Of a DNA stretch of 64,000 nt, positions 59,601 to 64,000 are shown one piece after another. A program made the translations under genes and the position numbers. Location: contig CM102290.1 of NCBI GenBank assembly GCA_046563655.1, positions 7,006,001-7,070,000 on the forward strand. The letters are read 5' to 3'. The stretch is from Yuukianura sp. NJ FZ-2021 (taxonomy: Eukaryota). The stretch's first letter is position 1, and every line of letters starts with the position of its first letter. The notes under the pieces are model-generated. The model did not search any database, was not told the origin of the DNA, and was given only the letters and a program-made list of their open reading frames with translations.

Positions 59601-62600
59601 GTGACGTTCCGGAATCATGTCTTGACCTAAGTCCAGCTAGGTCCGCCTAATTTCATAAGTTGCACCATATTGTGAACAAGTTATATTTAAAAATATTCCC
59701 TTTCAACAGAAACATGCTTGAAAATAGTTTTAAAATGGCGTACATGCAAAATTATAACTGAGCAACTTAAAAAAAAAACAACCTTGAGATGATACCCCAG
59801 CGGTTTTGGATTTGGATCAGAAAGAGCCCTGGACTTTTTGACAATACCAATACTGTTGTCGCGCGTACATGCAATTTCACTCCTCCACCTGTACAGTATC
59901 ACAGGGAATTACATTTTGACTTTTTTTTCGTAATTTCAATGTTGGAGAAAATGTTACCTAGGCAAGAAAATAATTGGAGTAAAGCAATAATGTAAAGTCC
60001 GAGCAGCTTGCTTGAATTTTTGTATTCCATCTGCTCCAATAACGTTGGATGCACTGGGGCCTCGAGAAAGCCAGTATTGAAATATGGAACTTTTCGATTC
60101 TGTAACAAATTAGAGTTGTTATTAAAAACCATTGTTCAATTGAGACCAAATAGGTGATAACTTGCATCAAATTCAACTCAACCTAACCTGCTTTGTCCGA
60201 GCTCCTGATTTGATTCATTTGTTCCTCAACGGCCTTACATGGATCCAACAGCATAATCGGTACTTTGAATCTGGTTGTCTGGTGTTTGAGATTTCTGCGA
60301 CAAAAACGAAAAAAAAAATCTATATCAACAACCAGGCAAAGCATTTCCCATTTTTTAAGTAAACCTAACTTGTTATATCCAAGCTTGACCAATCATTTCC
60401 TTAATGCAATTAGTATTCAATATCAAATCACACAACTTTCCCTTACCTGAAACTTTCTAAGAAAGGTGTCAAATTTTTTAATGATTTTGGTTTCTTGGGA
60501 TTGGTGGGTCTGAGTGAGAATTCCTTGGGTGGATTGGAATAATGTATTAGTGCCTCCACTTCAGCACCGCCACAAGTAAAAGGATTACTTTCCTGTATAA
60601 GAACATCAGATGATTTTGATTAAATAAGTACCCATCAATTCATTCGTGGTCACTGCTACCGAAACTTAAAATTTGTTGCAATCATACTTGGCTCCCGCCT
60701 GGTGATGCTCTTGTGATGGATTGATTATAAAAGATTCCAGATTTTTGTGCTTGAATTGAGCCAAGAACGCATGAGCGAGCATCGAGCCATGCCACTAACA
60801 ATTTTGTAGCGTCTACCAGTCTGTCAATCGTTTCTTTAGACCAATTGTAAAACACAAAATGAATCTATCGGAATCAAAAACCAAATAAAAATCAGACAAA
60901 AATTTTTACATCATTTTTAAGTTCTGTTGTCTAACGAACTAATGTACCTTTGAATTGCTGATTCGAGTTTGCATGAAGCGCTGACGAGGAATAAGGATAG
61001 GATTGGTGTTATTTTCAGGTTCATTGAGTAGACAAGCCAATCCCGAAACGCTTGTGGGTCTAGGGAGTTTCTCAAGCGACACATAAGATCCGACTGGAGT
61101 TTGATGTTCCCATCCACAAGATATCAACGGCGCGAACTTGTACTGACTTTTGTAAGCTAAGTCCAAAGAAAATATTTGTAAGGTAAGTCCAAAGAAAATA
61201 TTTGTTGACAAGTTATATTGAACAGTATTCAATAAGTATGCAAAAACTTGTGCAATACTTACCATCAAGCATGAAGAATTGGGAATCGATGGAACCGACG
61301 CAGAATTTCCAGTGAAGCAGGTTCCTAGACACCAAAATGCATTCATCTCCGTCGCCAAGTGGATTAAATTCTTCAGGAGCAGTGAACAATGGAATCAAAT
61401 CTGCGGGATAGTTCTTCAATACGGCTTTATCACTCCCAGCCTCCAATTGGCGCAAATTGCTTCTGAATACTTTTAATTCGGCTTCCAAGTTCTTTCTCAA
61501 AAGAAGACGAGCATCCGCAACAATCTTTTCTCCAGCTGAATACTCTCCTTCGCCCTCGACGCTGTGTTCTAGTTTCCAAAACTGTTTAGGATCGTATTCT
61601 GGCAGGATTTGTTGAATTAGCTTTTCAATTTCCAGCACGATCGTGTCCACGGAATGACGAGCAGATAAGTTAATGCTGGTAATCCGTACAGATGGAACAT
61701 TGAGTCTAGCTCCCAATTCACACCAAGCTGGAAAAAGTTTTTCATAATGGGGATGCAAATGGCCAACGTCTCCTGTTTCGATTCTGCGAGAGAGTTTAGA
61801 AACCAAATTAACATAAACTATATAACAAAACAAAACTATAAAACTTCACAACTTGTCAAGTAGTTTTGAGTTACCTAGAGAGTCCCACAATAAACGGATC
61901 GAACAAATGATGTCGCCCCTTACTCATCAGTTGTCCCTTGAAATTGAAATGAAAGTTGAAGAATTCCAGTCAGTCCTCGTTACAAATCTTGATTATATTT
62001 TCATTTAATACAAAATTCTCACCGGAAATGGAAATGCCATGGGCGACGATGCTCTTCCTGGAAGCACTTTGCCGTCCTGTCCGGAACCTACACGAGCTGT
62101 GAAATAAAACGAGAGTTAATTGTTGTCCTCGCAAATAACTTCGACAAAGCTTAAGGTCTTAATCATAGTTAACACACCGGATATGCGTATCAGAGACCCG
62201 AGGAATGCGTGCTAGGGTACAAGTATAAGACTAAACTAGTATGTGCCATACATACGCTGATGCATCTCCGACTACCATAACTCACTAACAAAAGATTCAT
62301 AGCGTTTTATGGGTTCTTGATACTTGTAGACCAAATGACTGTTACACCTTAACATTGCATTGGGGTTACTCAACCATGGTACACAGTAAATAATAAAATA
62401 AATACCCAAACCAAAAACTAAACAAAATGGCATAAGGTGGTGAAGAATCCAACATAAATGGGAACGGGATGGAGTAGGGAAAATCCGACAAGGAACGAAT
62501 ACAGACGCATGTTACAACATGGAGTCAAACAAAGTTAGTAGTGGAGAGAGTTTTTTGATTTTTACCATTGACCGACATTGACCTGAGTCGAGTATCACCG

Positions 62601-63940
62601 GGAACATCCAACTTTTTGTCCTGTGCCATAACGATACTATTTCGTCGTCCCATTACTAGCAGTGGATATGTCTCAGGAGACGGACCTACTGTATTCAATT
62701 TCTTTTCCAGCCCAACACCAGGAGGAACCACCCCTAAGTACTCTAAGTTTAGGTTTCAAAAATTATTATGTAAGAACAAACTTCTTTGGTTCCAAGGAAA
62801 TCCTTAAGAAAACTTTAAAATTTTAACAACATTAATCAGATCAAGAAGAAATAGGATGGCTTACTTGGTGTATTTGGCGCAGAGAATGAAAACGCAAAGT
62901 GTCCATCTTCCCCTCCTGTAGCCGACACTTGTCCAGCAGAGAGTGGTACTGTCAGAAAATAGAATTCCGTTGTCAGGTCCCACAACGAATGTTTAATGGC
63001 TGAACTGAGGTATCCTTTTAGTAAGTCCACACTGATACGACCTTGCTTCCACATTCTGAGCTCAACAAAAACACTGGATGAGGTAAAAGGGCCACCTAGT
63101 GTCAAACAAGCGCATGTTAGTGTAACAAATCTCAACACTTTCGGCTTTTAGTAATAAAATTGTAGCCACTCCTAACAAGTAATAGTAATAGAAACGTTAC
63201 TTGTTTCCCCCACTTCTTCTGTTGTTAGTCGTTCCTCAAAGTCCTCGACTCTAAACTCTGACAAATACGCATCAGACATGGGTCGACTCCATTCCGCTGA
63301 AGAGACGGGTTTTCCGTTTACATCTACAATAGACACCGCAACAGCAGCGATTCCTCTGCTTCCAGTACCTCCCGGACGCTGATTGTATAGATACATTGTT
63401 CCACACTGGTCGCCAGTCGCATCATTACGAATATCCTAAAAATTCAAAACAAAATATTTAAAAGTGAAAATATCGCCCTAAGCGTCTGTCCCTATTCGCC
63501 CCAAAGTTCGAATTTTCATCAATTTGCTGAGTGCTCTCTCGCCTTGTCTTGAGTGCTAACGGTTCTTACCCGAAAATGAAACTCCGGTTTCAACTCCGTG
63601 TATTTCGGCAAATGAAAGAATTGTAGTAGGTTTTGATGTAGAAAGTACGCAAATGCGGGGAGATGCTGTAGCGCATACTCATGAATGCCGTTCTAACAAA
63701 TGTAACACATTACCCCTTTAATTTTAAAATGTTTAAAAATTCAAAATATCGCAAATCCGTTAACAAATCAAACCTGAAAAACTGCGTCTGGAGCAGAGTT
63801 GGCCTTTTGAATAAAAGTAACGTCCTCCGGAGTTAACTTACAATGTGGATTTCTGTCCAGAGTTACGGAAAGAATATCCATGACAGCATCATCTAATTTG
63901 TTCCTTAACGATTGTACTAAATTCTCCTTAATTTCATCAC
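56693..63940 (-). CDS. SZT2: KICSTOR complex protein SZT2, 3' portion (multi-exon; continues beyond window)
   Basis: Exonic peptides include VELRMWKQGRIS, PRQRF, SFIQEYMQYLQTLGF, YLQKSLPGGIILFE, MHLHSFTYDFHLR, PKGPNFARN and RRDLLWQRL. The terminal exon reads ...SVVNTVCYCWWWWSTVHPP* with the stop at 56693-56695. Not every exon boundary was resolved. Confidence 0.9.
61150..61205. repeat. 26-bp tandem duplication spanning an SZT2 3' splice site
   Basis: TTGTAAG(C/G)TAAGTCCAAAGAAAATAT occurs twice with a single mismatch (61157 C vs 61183 G). Confidence 0.85.
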
Positions 63941-64000
63941 CTACAAAAATACTACCGTATCAGGTCAGACTATATAAGAAGAGAAACGTTACAATCGAAC

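Noticed and set aside
62178..62211. Possible SZT2 microexon
   Set aside because: Its 34-nt length breaks the phase between the flanking phase-1 exons, and the 36-nt alternative needs a very weak donor.

Overview
Eukaryotic, intron-rich, gene-dense DNA with many ~65-90 nt GT-AG introns, most consistent with a compact arthropod genome (species not identifiable from the sequence). Manual exon assembly gives nine protein-coding genes: the 3' end of Mic60/mitofilin (+), E93/Eip93F (-), hexokinase (+), a CPEB2-4/Orb2-type gene with a probable ~6.7 kb 3' UTR (-), casein kinase I alpha (-), RNF38/44 (+), CACHD1 (-), a NOPCHAP1-like gene (-) and the 3' part of SZT2 (-). Five non-autonomous inverted-repeat DNA elements lie in non-coding space, including a 1.36 kb near-perfect foldback with an exact 6-bp target-site duplication. 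The most notable signals are in splicing: two 100-nt mutually exclusive hexokinase exons that both carry the catalytic NDTTGT motif, a candidate hexokinase poison microexon, candidate alternative CK1alpha C-terminal exons with a MITE inserted between branch point and acceptor, a DYG instead of DFG in CK1alpha, and a GC-AG intron in RNF38/44. I found no prokaryotic system, CRISPR array, tRNA, rRNA or autonomous transposon. Gene names rest on recalled family motifs, not database searches.
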